Source of the DNA: Candidatus Omnitrophota bacterium
GTDB taxonomy: Bacteria; Omnitrophota; Gorgyraeia; Gygaellales; Profunditerraquicolaceae
Direction of reading: 5' to 3'
Assembly: GCA_043809145.1 (NCBI GenBank)
Contig: JAZDED010000033.1
Location: forward strand, 18,196-82,195
Length of the DNA stretch: 64,000 nt
Each line of letters begins with the position of its first letter. Position 1 is the first letter of the stretch. This document shows positions 9,302-19,237 of the stretch, piece after piece. The position numbers were made by a program, and so were the translations under genes. The notes beneath the pieces were generated by a model. The model saw only the letters and a list, made by a program, of their open reading frames with translations, had not been told where the DNA came from and did no database searches.

Positions 9302-10543
9302 ATGGGTAATAATAAAGTAGTCATAACCGGAATCGGAGTAATTGCTCCCAACGGCATCGGCAAGGATGAATTCTGGAAAGCATTAAAGAATGGTATATCC
9401 GGAATCCGGCCGATTACTATCTTTGACTCTACTCTATTTAAGACACACCAGGCAGGAGAGGTGATTAATTTTGATCCGGTGACCTACTTGGGAGAAAAAG
9501 GCTTGCGCAATTTAGACCGCAGCACCAAACTTCTGTGTTCTGGCGCAAAGTTAGCCCTGGATGATGCCCGCCTGGATACAACAGGTGATAATGCCGATCA
9601 TATCGGAATAATAACCTCAACCACGCTTTCAGTTATCTGGAATATCGCGGAATTTAATAAAGAGGCAGAGGACTCCGGGCCGCAGTTAGTCAATCCGGCT
9701 ATGTTTCCCGGAACCACTATTAACGCGCCCTCAAGCCAAGTTTCAATCAGGTTTAATATTAAAGGTTTTAATACCACTATCTCCACAGGTTATACTGCCA
9801 GCCTTGACGGCCTTAAATATGCGGTTGATTTCTTAAGGGCAGGACGGGCAAAAGCGATATTACTTGCCGGAGTAGAAGCGCTATTTTTCCAAACTTTTGT
9901 CGGGTTTAATAAATTGGAATTCTTAGCCGGGATAAAAGGAGAGGAACTTTCATGCCCATTTGATTTACGCAGAAATGGAATCATAGTCGGTGAGGCAAGC
10001 GCGGTGCTGGTTTTAGAAAATGAAGCTTACGCGCACCAAAGAAAAGCAAGAATTTACGCCGAAGTAAAAGCCGTGGAAAACTTCTTTGATCCTTTCCGCA
10101 GCGGAAGATACAACCCCAAATCCGAGGGCCTCAAACGTTCTATGACCAAAACCCTCAAGGATAGCCGCTTAAAAGAATCCGAGATAAGCTATATTTGCGC
10201 AGCAGCAAACTCCGTGCCTCTTCAGGATGCCCTGGAAACAGCAGCCATTAAAGAGGTATTCGGTGCAACAGCCGCTAAAGTACCGGTGAGTTCAATTAAA
10301 TCCATGGTCGGAGAAACCGTAAGCGCCGCCGGCGCATTGCAGATTGCCGCGTCTATCGGAGCTATGGAGCAAGATTTTATTCCCCCGACAATAAATTACC
10401 AAAAACCTGATCCGGCCTGCGACCTGGATTATGTTCCAAATAAATGCAGGTTTCAAAAAATAAATAATGTTTTGATTAATAATTTTGGCCCGGGTGGAAA
10501 CAATGCTTCCTGCATAATAGGAAAATATGAATGCTTGCAATAG
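9302..10543 (+). CDS. beta-ketoacyl synthase-like protein lacking catalytic Cys/His/His (chain-length-factor-like partner)
   Basis: KS fold motifs (VVITGIGVIAPNG, GFNKLEFLA). The active-site block reads ISTGYTAS instead of TACAAG, HGTGT is replaced by AAANSV, and the Lys/His block is KSMVGETVSAAG. Confidence 0.75.
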   Translation: MGNNKVVITGIGVIAPNGIGKDEFWKALKNGISGIRPITIFDSTLFKTHQAGEVINFDPVTYLGEKGLRNLDRSTKLLCSGAKLALDDARLDTTGDNADHIGIITSTTLSVIWNIAEFNKEAEDSGPQLVNPAMFPGTTINAPSSQVSIRFNIKGFNTTISTGYTASLDGLKYAVDFLRAGRAKAILLAGVEALFFQTFVGFNKLEFLAGIKGEELSCPFDLRRNGIIVGEASAVLVLENEAYAHQRKARIYAEVKAVENFFDPFRSGRYNPKSEGLKRSMTKTLKDSRLKESEISYICAAANSVPLQDALETAAIKEVFGATAAKVPVSSIKSMVGETVSAAGALQIAASIGAMEQDFIPPTINYQKPDPACDLDYVPNKCRFQKINNVLINNFGPGGNNASCIIGKYECLQ

Positions 10544-11744
10544 AGTAGTTGTCACCGGCCTGGGAGTTATTTCGGCCATCGGCACCGGTAGAAAAAAATT
10601 CTGGGAAGCCGCCCTAAGCGGGGCCTCAGGAATAAATGAAGTCTCCTCGTTCGATACGAGCAGTTTTAAATGCCACCGAGCAGGAGAAGTTAAAAATTTT
10701 AATCCTGAAGAATTCATCCCTAAAAGAAAGGTCAAATTTTTAGGCCGCTCTTCGCAATTGGCCATTGCTGCTGCGTCTTTAGCCATTCAGGACGCTGGTT
10801 TTGAATTAAAGACTCTGCCCAAAAATAAATTAGGCGTACTCATAGGCACTACCATGGGAGAAAAACCCATTGAAGAGCTGGCGCAAATCTGGGCCAAGGG
10901 AGGACTAAAAGATATTGACCGCCGCAGAATCCTGCAATCTTCAGCAAATAATATATCAGCCAATGTAGCCATGTACGCCAAAGCTCGTGGCCAAAATTAT
11001 TTATTTCCCACAGCCTGCGCAGCTGGAAATTATGCCATTGGTTATGGATTTGATTTAATCCGCAGCCGCGATATAGATTATGCCCTAGCCGGAGGAGCAG
11101 AAGCTTTTTCATACACTGCCTTTGTAGGCTTCCAGCGTCTTTATGCCATGGCTACTGATAAATGCCAACCCTTTGATAAGAACCGCAAAGGCATGATGTT
11201 AGGAGAAGGGTCAGCAATGCTGCTTTTAGAAAGATTAGACCTGGCTCTGGAAAGAAAGAGAGAGATTTACGCGGAAATCATAGGCTACGGATTATCCTGC
11301 GACGCACATCATGCTACAGCTCCGGAAGTCAGAGGCGTATCCCAAGTAATGGAAAAAGCGCTAAAGGAATGCAGTATCTCTTATAAAGATGTGGATTATA
11401 TCTGCGCTCACGGTACAGGAACGCCGATGAACGACAGGATAGAAGCCCAAGCAATCAAAAATGTGTTCAAAGAACGCGCTAAAGAAATCCCGGTCAATGC
11501 CCTTAAATCCATGCTCGGGCACAGTATGGGCGCTGCCTCTGCTATAGAAGCAGTGTCCTGCTGCCTCTCCGCAAAATTTGACACAATACCCCCAACTATA
11601 AATTACGAAACCCCTGACCCGCAATGCGATATTGACTGCGTGCCAAACACTAAGCGGGAAAAAATAATAAATATTGCCATGAATAATGCCTTTGCTTTCG
11701 GCGGAAATAATTCCAGCCTGGTAATAAAAAAATTTATAAAGTAA
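10527..11744 (+). CDS. beta-ketoacyl-ACP synthase (FabF/KS-alpha-like), catalytic triad intact
   Basis: PTACAAGNYAIG (Cys), CDAHHATAP (His), AHGTGTPMND (His) and KSMLGHSMGAAS. Overlaps the preceding KS-like gene by 17 nt. Confidence 0.85.
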   Translation: MNACNRVVVTGLGVISAIGTGRKKFWEAALSGASGINEVSSFDTSSFKCHRAGEVKNFNPEEFIPKRKVKFLGRSSQLAIAAASLAIQDAGFELKTLPKNKLGVLIGTTMGEKPIEELAQIWAKGGLKDIDRRRILQSSANNISANVAMYAKARGQNYLFPTACAAGNYAIGYGFDLIRSRDIDYALAGGAEAFSYTAFVGFQRLYAMATDKCQPFDKNRKGMMLGEGSAMLLLERLDLALERKREIYAEIIGYGLSCDAHHATAPEVRGVSQVMEKALKECSISYKDVDYICAHGTGTPMNDRIEAQAIKNVFKERAKEIPVNALKSMLGHSMGAASAIEAVSCCLSAKFDTIPPTINYETPDPQCDIDCVPNTKREKIINIAMNNAFAFGGNNSSLVIKKFIK

Positions 11745-11759
11745 TTATGCATAAATTAC

Positions 11760-11788
11760 TTGTAAAATCCTGGAAAAAAAGCTATACT
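11760..11788 (+). promoter_or_regulatory. candidate sigma-70 promoter upstream of the ACP gene
   Basis: TTGTAA (11760-11765), a 17-nt spacer, then TATACT (11783-11788). Followed by GGGAGGGTG and the ATG at 11823. Confidence 0.35.
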
Positions 11789-11822
11789 AAATATCGCGCG
11801 CATATAACAGGGAGGGTGAATA

Positions 11823-12074
11823 ATGCCCAAGACGGATTTTGAGCAGATAAAAAAAGAAGTCAAAAGAATGGTGGCTGAAATAACCGAGCTAACAGAAACT
11901 AAGCTCAAAGACGAAGCAAAGTTTGTGGATGACTTAGGGGTTGACAGCATGATGGCCCTGGAAATCGTAGCCAGCATTGAAAAGAAATACAAAGTTACAA
12001 TTCCTGAAACCGAAATTCCTAAGATGCGCTCGCTTAACGATATTTACGCGTTGCTTGAAAAGGAAATGAAATAG
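11823..12074 (+). CDS. acyl carrier protein
   Basis: 83 aa with DDLGVDSMMALEIV (phosphopantetheine Ser). Confidence 0.85.
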   Translation: MPKTDFEQIKKEVKRMVAEITELTETKLKDEAKFVDDLGVDSMMALEIVASIEKKYKVTIPETEIPKMRSLNDIYALLEKEMK

Positions 12075-12078
12075 GCCA

Positions 12079-12522
12079 ATGAACGCTATCTGGGATATAA
12101 CCAAAATCCAGGAGATCTTGCCGCACCGCTACCCATTCCTCTTCATTGATAGCGTAGTTGAAATTAACGAAGAGGAGAAACGGGTTGTCTGCCTAAAAAA
12201 CGTTACCATAAATGATTATTTCTTTAAGGGCCATTTTCCTGGTAATCCGGTGATGCCGGGAGTAATTATCATTGAAGGCATGGCCCAATCCTGCATCATA
12301 CTTTACGCCGCCATTAAGCCCGAGATAGCCGCTAAACATCCTATCTATTACCTGGGCAACGCCGATATTAAATTCCTTAAACCCGTATTCCCGGGCAGCC
12401 AGCTTATGCTGGAAGCAACCCACCGCAAGATCATGGAGAAGGTCGGTATTGCCAGCGTCACAGCCAGGGTCAACAATGAAATCGTAGCCAAAGGCGAAAT
12501 CATCTTTGGCATCAAACTATAG
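12079..12522 (+). CDS. fabZ: 3-hydroxyacyl-ACP dehydratase
   Basis: LPHRYPFLFIDSV and GHFPGNPVMPGVIIIEGMAQ. Confidence 0.85.
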   Translation: MNAIWDITKIQEILPHRYPFLFIDSVVEINEEEKRVVCLKNVTINDYFFKGHFPGNPVMPGVIIIEGMAQSCIILYAAIKPEIAAKHPIYYLGNADIKFLKPVFPGSQLMLEATHRKIMEKVGIASVTARVNNEIVAKGEIIFGIKL

Positions 12523-12554
12523 ACATTGCGCGCAACTCTTTATATCTTAAAGAA

Positions 12555-12609
12555 TTACAAAGTAAATATTTCTGCCCTAAAGTCTTATAAAAAAATATTT
12601 ACTTTGTAA
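12555..12609. repeat. perfect 17-bp inverted repeat (terminator or operator) at the fabZ / AT-rich block junction
   Basis: TTACAAAGTAAATATTT (12555-12571) and AAATATTTACTTTGTAA (12593-12609), separated by 21 nt. Confidence 0.6.
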
Positions 12610-12649
12610 CATTTTAGGCTACAATAAGTTATGTAAAGCGTCTACAAAT

Positions 12650-13738
12650 ATGACAAATCACAAACCACATCAGCCGACCATATTTTTAACCGGGGCAACA
12701 GGATTCCTGGGATCCTATCTATTAAAACTTTTCCTTGAAAATAATCATAAAGTATATGCCTTGTCCAGAGGAAAAAAAAGCCAGGATACCAGAGGGAGGA
12801 TTATTTCGGTATTAGAATTCTGGGGAGGCCCATGTTTAAAAAAGATCATCAACCTGATTGTCCTAAACGGTGACGTAACCCTAAAAAACCTGGGTTTAAG
12901 CAGGCCTGATAGAAGCCTCTTACAAGCCAAGACTGAACAAATCTTTCATTCAGCGGCAATTACCGACCTAAAAACAGAATCAAAACAAATCAACAAGGTT
13001 AATATTGAAGGTACGAGAAATATCTTAAACCTGGGTTTAGAATGGCATAAAAAAGGATGCCTTAAAAAAATTAACCATATCAGCACTGCTTATATCTACG
13101 GAGATTATCAGAAAACTTTTAAAGAGAGCGACTTTTACAAAAGGCAGAAATTCTATACCAATTACGAACAGAGTAAGTTTGAAGCTGAAAAAATTGTACA
13201 GCAATTCAGAAGGAAGGGGCTATGGATAGATATCTATCGCCCATCCATGGTCTTGGGCGAATCCAAATCCGGAAAAACCTTTCAACTAAAACATATCTAC
13301 CAATTCCTTAATCTTTGTAAAGTTGAAATATTTCAATCCCTGCCTATCAAAAACGGCTATGTCAGCCTGGTGCCTATTGATATAACCTGCAAAGCGATCT
13401 ATCTCTTAAATACCATGAATAAAGTTAGGAATATGGTCTTTCACCCTTTCCCTAGAAAACTGACATCTATTGAAGAAATCCTCAATATTGGAGCAAAGCT
13501 TATAGGCTTTGACCCCCCTCAAGCAGTAGAATTAAAAGATTTCCCCACCCTAAACCTGACCCCAGTCCAAAGGATGTTATTAAATGATACAGTGCTTTCG
13601 GTTAATTTTAAGACCAAAATTAACTCGGATATAACTAATAATTTATTAGAAAAATACCGTTTTAAGATACCGAATATGGACAATAAAATCTTATCACTAA
13701 TCCTCAGATACTCCATCAATAAGAAGAGAGGAAAGTGA
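12650..13738 (+). CDS. thioester-reductase-type extended SDR (fatty acyl reductase / NAD_binding_4-like)
   Basis: IFLTGATGFLGSYLL, ALSRGKK, FHSAA, NIEGTRNIL, HISTAYIYG, YEQSK (YxxxK) and YRPSMVLGESKSGK. Confidence 0.65.
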   Translation: MTNHKPHQPTIFLTGATGFLGSYLLKLFLENNHKVYALSRGKKSQDTRGRIISVLEFWGGPCLKKIINLIVLNGDVTLKNLGLSRPDRSLLQAKTEQIFHSAAITDLKTESKQINKVNIEGTRNILNLGLEWHKKGCLKKINHISTAYIYGDYQKTFKESDFYKRQKFYTNYEQSKFEAEKIVQQFRRKGLWIDIYRPSMVLGESKSGKTFQLKHIYQFLNLCKVEIFQSLPIKNGYVSLVPIDITCKAIYLLNTMNKVRNMVFHPFPRKLTSIEEILNIGAKLIGFDPPQAVELKDFPTLNLTPVQRMLLNDTVLSVNFKTKINSDITNNLLEKYRFKIPNMDNKILSLILRYSINKKRGK

Positions 13739-15009
13739 TGCAAGAAAGATATGATTATATTATTGTAGGAGCAGGGCTCTGCGGCCTGGTCTTAGCCAAG
13801 GAACTTAGCCAGAAAAATAAAAGAGTCCTTATTCTGGAAAGGGGAGGATATATACGCAACCTTGGAAGTATCATGTACGTGGCTCCGTTTTACGATAAAA
13901 TTGGATTAGCCAAAAGCCGCCAAGGAGTAATTAATCTGCGTGTATTAGGAGTTGGCGGAACAAGTGTGGTCAGCTGCGGCAATGCTGTAGAATTTCCCGA
14001 AGAAGAAACAAAGAAAATAGGAATAGATTTTAGCAGTGAAATTGAGTCATCAAAAAAAGAATGCAATGTAAGTACAGACCATGTAATTGGAAGAGCCTCT
14101 AAAAGAATCATGGAAGAGGCTAATCGATTAGGGTATGGAATGCGCTCCATGCCAAAACTTCATTTAAAAAAATGTGTTTCTTGCGGTAACTGCATCTGGG
14201 GATGCGCTCATCAAAATAAATGGAGTTCTATAGATTTCCTGAAAGATATCAACACTAAAAATATTCAGATTATAACCAGCTTCAATGTACGCAAAGTAAC
14301 CTCCTCCAATAGCAAGGCCCTGGGAATCGAAGGAACTCGTAACCTTAACCCAAAGAAATATCTTGCCGAAAAAATAATCCTGGCCGCTGGAGGCTTAGGA
14401 ACACCGGTAATCCTGCAGAATTCAGGTATTGAAGAAGCAGGAAAAAATCTTTTTCTCGATTTATTCAATATTATATATGGCCTTAATGAACAATACAACC
14501 AGGCTAAAGAATTAACTATGTCAGTAGTTTGCGATAAATTCCATAAAAATGAGGGCTTCATACTTTCACCGCTAGTTGATAGCTCAATTGGGCTTCTTGC
14601 CTGTATAGACTTAAAATACATTGGAAATGTATTCAGGCTAAATAATCTTATGGGCTTAATGAATAAGATTAAAGATGAAAACATGGGTCGGGTTTATCCT
14701 AACGGCGCTTTTGACAAAACACCCACTGCCAATGATCGAAAAAAACTAAATAAAGGCGCAGAAGTTGCCAAAGAAATACTTATCCAATGCGGAGTTAGGC
14801 CTAAAAGTATTTTTGTAACCCGTCCCAGAGGGGCGCATCCCGGCGGCACAGCAGCAATCGGGAAAGTCGTGGACAAGAATTTAGAAACGCGGATTAAAAA
14901 TCTTTTTGTTTGCGACGCAAGCATACTACCAGAAGCGCCAGGCCTACCGCCCATATTGACCCTTGTAGCTATATCAAAATGGTTTGTTAAAAATATTTTG
15001 GAGAAATAA
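13735..15009 (+). CDS. GMC-family FAD oxidoreductase with an internal Cx2Cx2Cx3C motif
   Basis: YDYIIVGAGLCGLVLA...ILERG (FAD ADP-binding) and C-terminal GAHPGGTAAIGKVVD...LFVCDASILP. Internal motif CVSCGNCIWGC. Confidence 0.7.
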   Translation: MMQERYDYIIVGAGLCGLVLAKELSQKNKRVLILERGGYIRNLGSIMYVAPFYDKIGLAKSRQGVINLRVLGVGGTSVVSCGNAVEFPEEETKKIGIDFSSEIESSKKECNVSTDHVIGRASKRIMEEANRLGYGMRSMPKLHLKKCVSCGNCIWGCAHQNKWSSIDFLKDINTKNIQIITSFNVRKVTSSNSKALGIEGTRNLNPKKYLAEKIILAAGGLGTPVILQNSGIEEAGKNLFLDLFNIIYGLNEQYNQAKELTMSVVCDKFHKNEGFILSPLVDSSIGLLACIDLKYIGNVFRLNNLMGLMNKIKDENMGRVYPNGAFDKTPTANDRKKLNKGAEVAKEILIQCGVRPKSIFVTRPRGAHPGGTAAIGKVVDKNLETRIKNLFVCDASILPEAPGLPPILTLVAISKWFVKNILEK

Positions 15010-15594
15010 ATGGATATATTAAAACTTATTAAAAAAAGATGCACAACAAGAATATATTTAAATAAAAAGATACCTCACAAAATAATAAATAAAATAATTG
15101 AAGCAGGGGTATGGGGACCATCCATACACGGTTTCCAACCTTGGAAATTTATAATAGTACAAAATCGGAAAATAATTAACAGATTTTCTAAAACCATTCT
15201 TAGTAAAACTCAAATAACAGAAACTTATGCAAATACTCTAATGACCATTACAGCTAGGACAATTAAAAACGCTGGCACAATTATAGCTATATATAACTCT
15301 AGAAATTTTACAAATTTTGCACATCAATTTAAAAAAAGAAACTACACTAAAATATCTGAATTATCAGAAGTTGAAGCCATATCTGCAGCGATCCAAAATA
15401 TGTTACTTACTGCAGAGACATTAAGAGTTGGTAGCTGTTGGACAATAGTACCATTATTTTACGAACAAGAAATTAATAGAATACTAGATACAAAAGATAG
15501 ATTATTAGCCATTGTTACATTGGGTTTTCCTGCAGAAAAAGGCAGAAGAACAAAGCGTAAACCTAATAATATAGTTACTAAATATATAGCTTAG
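15010..15594 (+). CDS. nitroreductase-family flavoprotein
   Basis: CTTRIY, IIEAGVWGPSIHGFQPWKFIIV and AIQNMLLTAETLRVGSCW. Confidence 0.7.
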   Translation: MDILKLIKKRCTTRIYLNKKIPHKIINKIIEAGVWGPSIHGFQPWKFIIVQNRKIINRFSKTILSKTQITETYANTLMTITARTIKNAGTIIAIYNSRNFTNFAHQFKKRNYTKISELSEVEAISAAIQNMLLTAETLRVGSCWTIVPLFYEQEINRILDTKDRLLAIVTLGFPAEKGRRTKRKPNNIVTKYIA

Positions 15595-15595
15595 A

Positions 15596-17032
15596 ATGCG
15601 TAATAGATATGATGCTATTATAATCGGAGCGGGAATTGGAGGCTTAGTAGCTGGATGCTACTTATCTAAACTCGGATCCAGGGTATTAATCATTGAACAA
15701 CAAAATAAACCAGGAGGATGCTGTACCTCATTTGAAAAAAACGGATATAAATTTGATGTAGCTGTTCACTATTTAGGAGGAATCAATAAAGGAATACTAG
15801 GAACTATATTTGATGAGTTGGGGTTAAGGGGTGATTTAAAATTCAATCAATTTGATCCTGTCGATAAAATCATAACACCAAAAATTATAACTTATATAAG
15901 AAACAAATCGACTTCTACAATTAAAGAGTTAAAGCACAACTTTTCCAAGGAAAGGAACAATATTGATAAATTCTTTTCTTTTGTATTACATGAAAATATT
16001 TATAATATGTATAAGAAGGTAGGTGCTTTAACAACAAAACAATTGCTTGATACTTTTTTTGAAGATAGATGTTTGAAAAGCACTTTAAATGTTACCTTGA
16101 GAAACATTGGATTATGTGCAAATGAATCATCTTCACTTGCATTCATTACTCTACTAAAAGATTACATATTAGATCCTGGATACTACCCTATTGGCGGCAT
16201 GCAAGAATTACCAAATAAATTGGCAGATAAATGCATAAACTTTGGAGGAAAGATTATCTTAAATCATTCCGTAAATAAAATTGTTCTTTCCAATAAAATG
16301 GTACAAGGAGTTAGGCTTGATGATGGGCAAGAATTCAAAACCAATACAGTTATCTCAAATATTAATGCAACAGATACATTCTTTAATCTATTAAAAATTA
16401 AAACGAGAGAACAAAACATAATAAAGAAACTTGTGCCCTCCCCATCTCTTTTTCTCGTATATGTCGGTCTCAATAATAAATTTAAGATTTCTTCAAAGGC
16501 GTCCTATAATATCTGGCCTTTTTTAAGCAATAATTTAAACAGATCTCCTGTTGTTTCAAAAAAAGAGATTGAAAGGGGAAAAGCATCAATAACAACAATA
16601 ACCTTTCCCTCCCAGCACGATAATTCAGTATCTAAAAAAACAGCAACTATTTTTTCTACTGTAGAGATTAGCAATAAAATATTCTGGGACAAATATAAAA
16701 ATATATATGCAAATAGTCTAATAAATAAAACAGAGAAAATAATTCCTTTTTTTAGTAATTTTGTTGATTTAAAGATAGTGGCAACACCATATACCTTTCA
16801 AAAATACACCTCAAATAAAAATGGCTCCGCATACGGCTGGGCTTCAAATGTTAAACAAATAAGCACAGCATTAATATCTCAGAAAACATCGATACCTGGA
16901 TTATTTCTAGCTGGACATTGGTCTATGGTCGGAACAGGACAAGGCGGGGTATCAAAATCAGCTTTTTCAGGAAGAAGAGTTGCTAGTTTAATATTAAACG
17001 AGAACAAATCTTTAATTAATGAATTTAAGTAA
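15596..17032 (+). CDS. CrtI/phytoene-desaturase-family NAD(P)/FAD oxidoreductase
   Basis: YDAIIIGAGIGGLVAGCYLSKLGSRVLIIEQQNKPGGCC, IGGMQELP and C-terminal GLFLAGHWSMVGTGQGGV. Confidence 0.75.
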   Translation: MRNRYDAIIIGAGIGGLVAGCYLSKLGSRVLIIEQQNKPGGCCTSFEKNGYKFDVAVHYLGGINKGILGTIFDELGLRGDLKFNQFDPVDKIITPKIITYIRNKSTSTIKELKHNFSKERNNIDKFFSFVLHENIYNMYKKVGALTTKQLLDTFFEDRCLKSTLNVTLRNIGLCANESSSLAFITLLKDYILDPGYYPIGGMQELPNKLADKCINFGGKIILNHSVNKIVLSNKMVQGVRLDDGQEFKTNTVISNINATDTFFNLLKIKTREQNIIKKLVPSPSLFLVYVGLNNKFKISSKASYNIWPFLSNNLNRSPVVSKKEIERGKASITTITFPSQHDNSVSKKTATIFSTVEISNKIFWDKYKNIYANSLINKTEKIIPFFSNFVDLKIVATPYTFQKYTSNKNGSAYGWASNVKQISTALISQKTSIPGLFLAGHWSMVGTGQGGVSKSAFSGRRVASLILNENKSLINEFK

Positions 17033-19237
17033 TAGTATGAATATTTTTGCTTTTTCATCAATTTTAATTATTGTATCTAATCTACTTTGCGCAATCTTTC
17101 TTCTAAGAATCCCTAAACAAAGATTGAATGCAATATGGGCTGTGGTATGTATAGCTGTTTCTATCTGGGGCGTTGGATCCTACAAGTTTTCAACTGCTCA
17201 AACTAAAGAAGTGGCGTTCTTTTGGTGGCAAATAGCACACATAGGCACAATATTCGTACCTGTATTTTACTATCATTTTGTACATTCATATCTTAAATTA
17301 AATAAAATATACCAAAAACACCTACTTATTGTAGTCTATCTATTAGGTGTATTCTTTCTTGTATGTACTTTTTATCCGAAAAAAATATTCATAGGTGAGC
17401 TTAGACTTATATTTAATCAATACTACTCACATGATTGGACAATAAAAAAAATATACTTTACTTACTTTTTTATATTAGTTTCTACTGGATACTTTTAATG
17501 TATTCTTTTTGCTTAATCTTAAATAGGTATCTTCATTCTAGTGGACTTATTAAAAATCAACTAAAATATTTCTTTGTTGCTATGATAGTTGGTTGGTTTG
17601 GTCCCCATGGAGACTATCTTCCAGTATTCGGAATATATATTTATCCATATTCAAATTTTCTTATGACCTTTTACACCATCATTATAGCCTATGCGATTTT
17701 TAAATACCGGCTTCTGGATGTAAGAGTTGCCATTACCCGCGCTGGCCTTTTTATTGCGGTTTATACTCTGGTTTTAGGCGTTCCATTTGCCATTGCCAAT
17801 CTTTACAAACAGACATTAGTAGATTGGTTAGGGGCAAACTGGTGGATGCTTCCTCTAAGCTTAATGGCAGGCTTAGCTACAATCGGGCCATTCATCTACA
17901 TCTATCTTGACCGCAAAGCAGAAGAGGCGCTTTTAAGAGAACAAAAGAGATACCAGAACACCTTAAAGCAGGCATCGGTAGGAATGACCCGCATTCGCAA
18001 TTTAAAAAGGCTCCTGGAATTAATCGCCCATATCGTAACCAAGACCGTCAAAATTTCCTACGTAGCTATCTATATCTACGATAAGGATAATGATGAGTAT
18101 GTCCTGCAGGTCAACCGAGACAAAGGGAGGATTCCCATTGCCCGATTAAGCTCATCCAATATCCTTTTAGATTTTCTATTTAGAAAGCGCGAACCAATTA
18201 TCTATGAAGAAATCAAACGCCTTAGCGAAGACTCTACAAACCCAATTTATAAAAGTATAGAAGAAAATATGGCGCAATTAACGGCTTCAGTTATTATTCC
18301 CAGCCTCTTAGAAAGAAAACCCATGGGCTTTATTGTCCTGGGAGACAAAATGTCAGGACAGATTTATACTCCGGATGATTTAAATGTCTTCCAGGTCTTA
18401 GCCAGCCAGGCAGCATTGGCTATTGAAAATGCTAAATTTATAGAAGAGGCTAAAGAAATGCAGGCGCAGATTGCCCACGCGGAAAAGATGGCTACCGTAG
18501 GAACCATGGCTGATGGATTATCGCACCAGATCAATAACCGTTTCTACGCCTTATCCCTAATCGCCGGAGACGCGCTAGATAGCTTAAAAATCACAGATAC
18601 CACTAAATGCACTCCCGAAGTCCAGCAGATGCTTCAGGATATTAACCACGCCTTAGAGCGCATTGAGGTAAATGTAATGAAGGGTGGAGAGGTTGTTAAA
18701 GGTATCTTAAAATACACCCGCAAGGAAAAAGAGGTCTTTGAATCCTTAATCCTGGATGAAATAATTGACGGCACCCTGGACATGGTACAGTATAAAGTAA
18801 AGCTTTCGGATATAGACATTATCCGTAGTTACCGCAAAGACATTCCCGGGATACAAGGTAACCTGGTCCAACTTCAGGAGGTCTTCTTTAATTTTATCGA
18901 TAACGCCAATGACGCGATGGCTGAACGCAAAACCACCCTTAAGGAGCCGGGATACCGCGGAAAGATTACTATCTCAGCGATAGATGAAAATAACTCCCTG
19001 CAAGTTATTATCCAGGATAACGGCATGGGTATTAAAAAGCAGGACACCAAGAAAATATTCACTCCTTTTTTTACCACCAAAATCTCCTCCCGCAAAGGCA
19101 CCGGGTTAGGGCTCTATGTGATTAATAAAATCATTACAGAAAACCATCACGGCAAGATACTCTTTGAATCCGAACATATGGCCGGAACGCGCTTTATCAT
19201 CGAGCTGCCGATAGCTCAACCGCCTGCAGCCCAATAG
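17019..19237 (+). pseudogene. sensor histidine kinase HK2 (paralogue of HK1) split by a frameshift in an A8 run. It may be a real pseudogene, a slippage switch or an assembly error.
   Basis: ORFs 17019-17498 and 17435-19237 together reconstruct the HK1 architecture. The frame change maps to AAAAAAAA at 17444-17451. Downstream motifs: AYAIFKYRLLDVRV, LSHQINNRF, FIDNANDAM, DNGMGI, GTGLGLYV. Confidence 0.7.

Noticed and set aside
17019-17498. Independent small membrane protein gene
   Set aside because: Its sequence is collinear with the N-terminal sensor region of HK1 and continues in the next ORF after a frame change in an A8 run. It is better explained as the 5' part of HK2.
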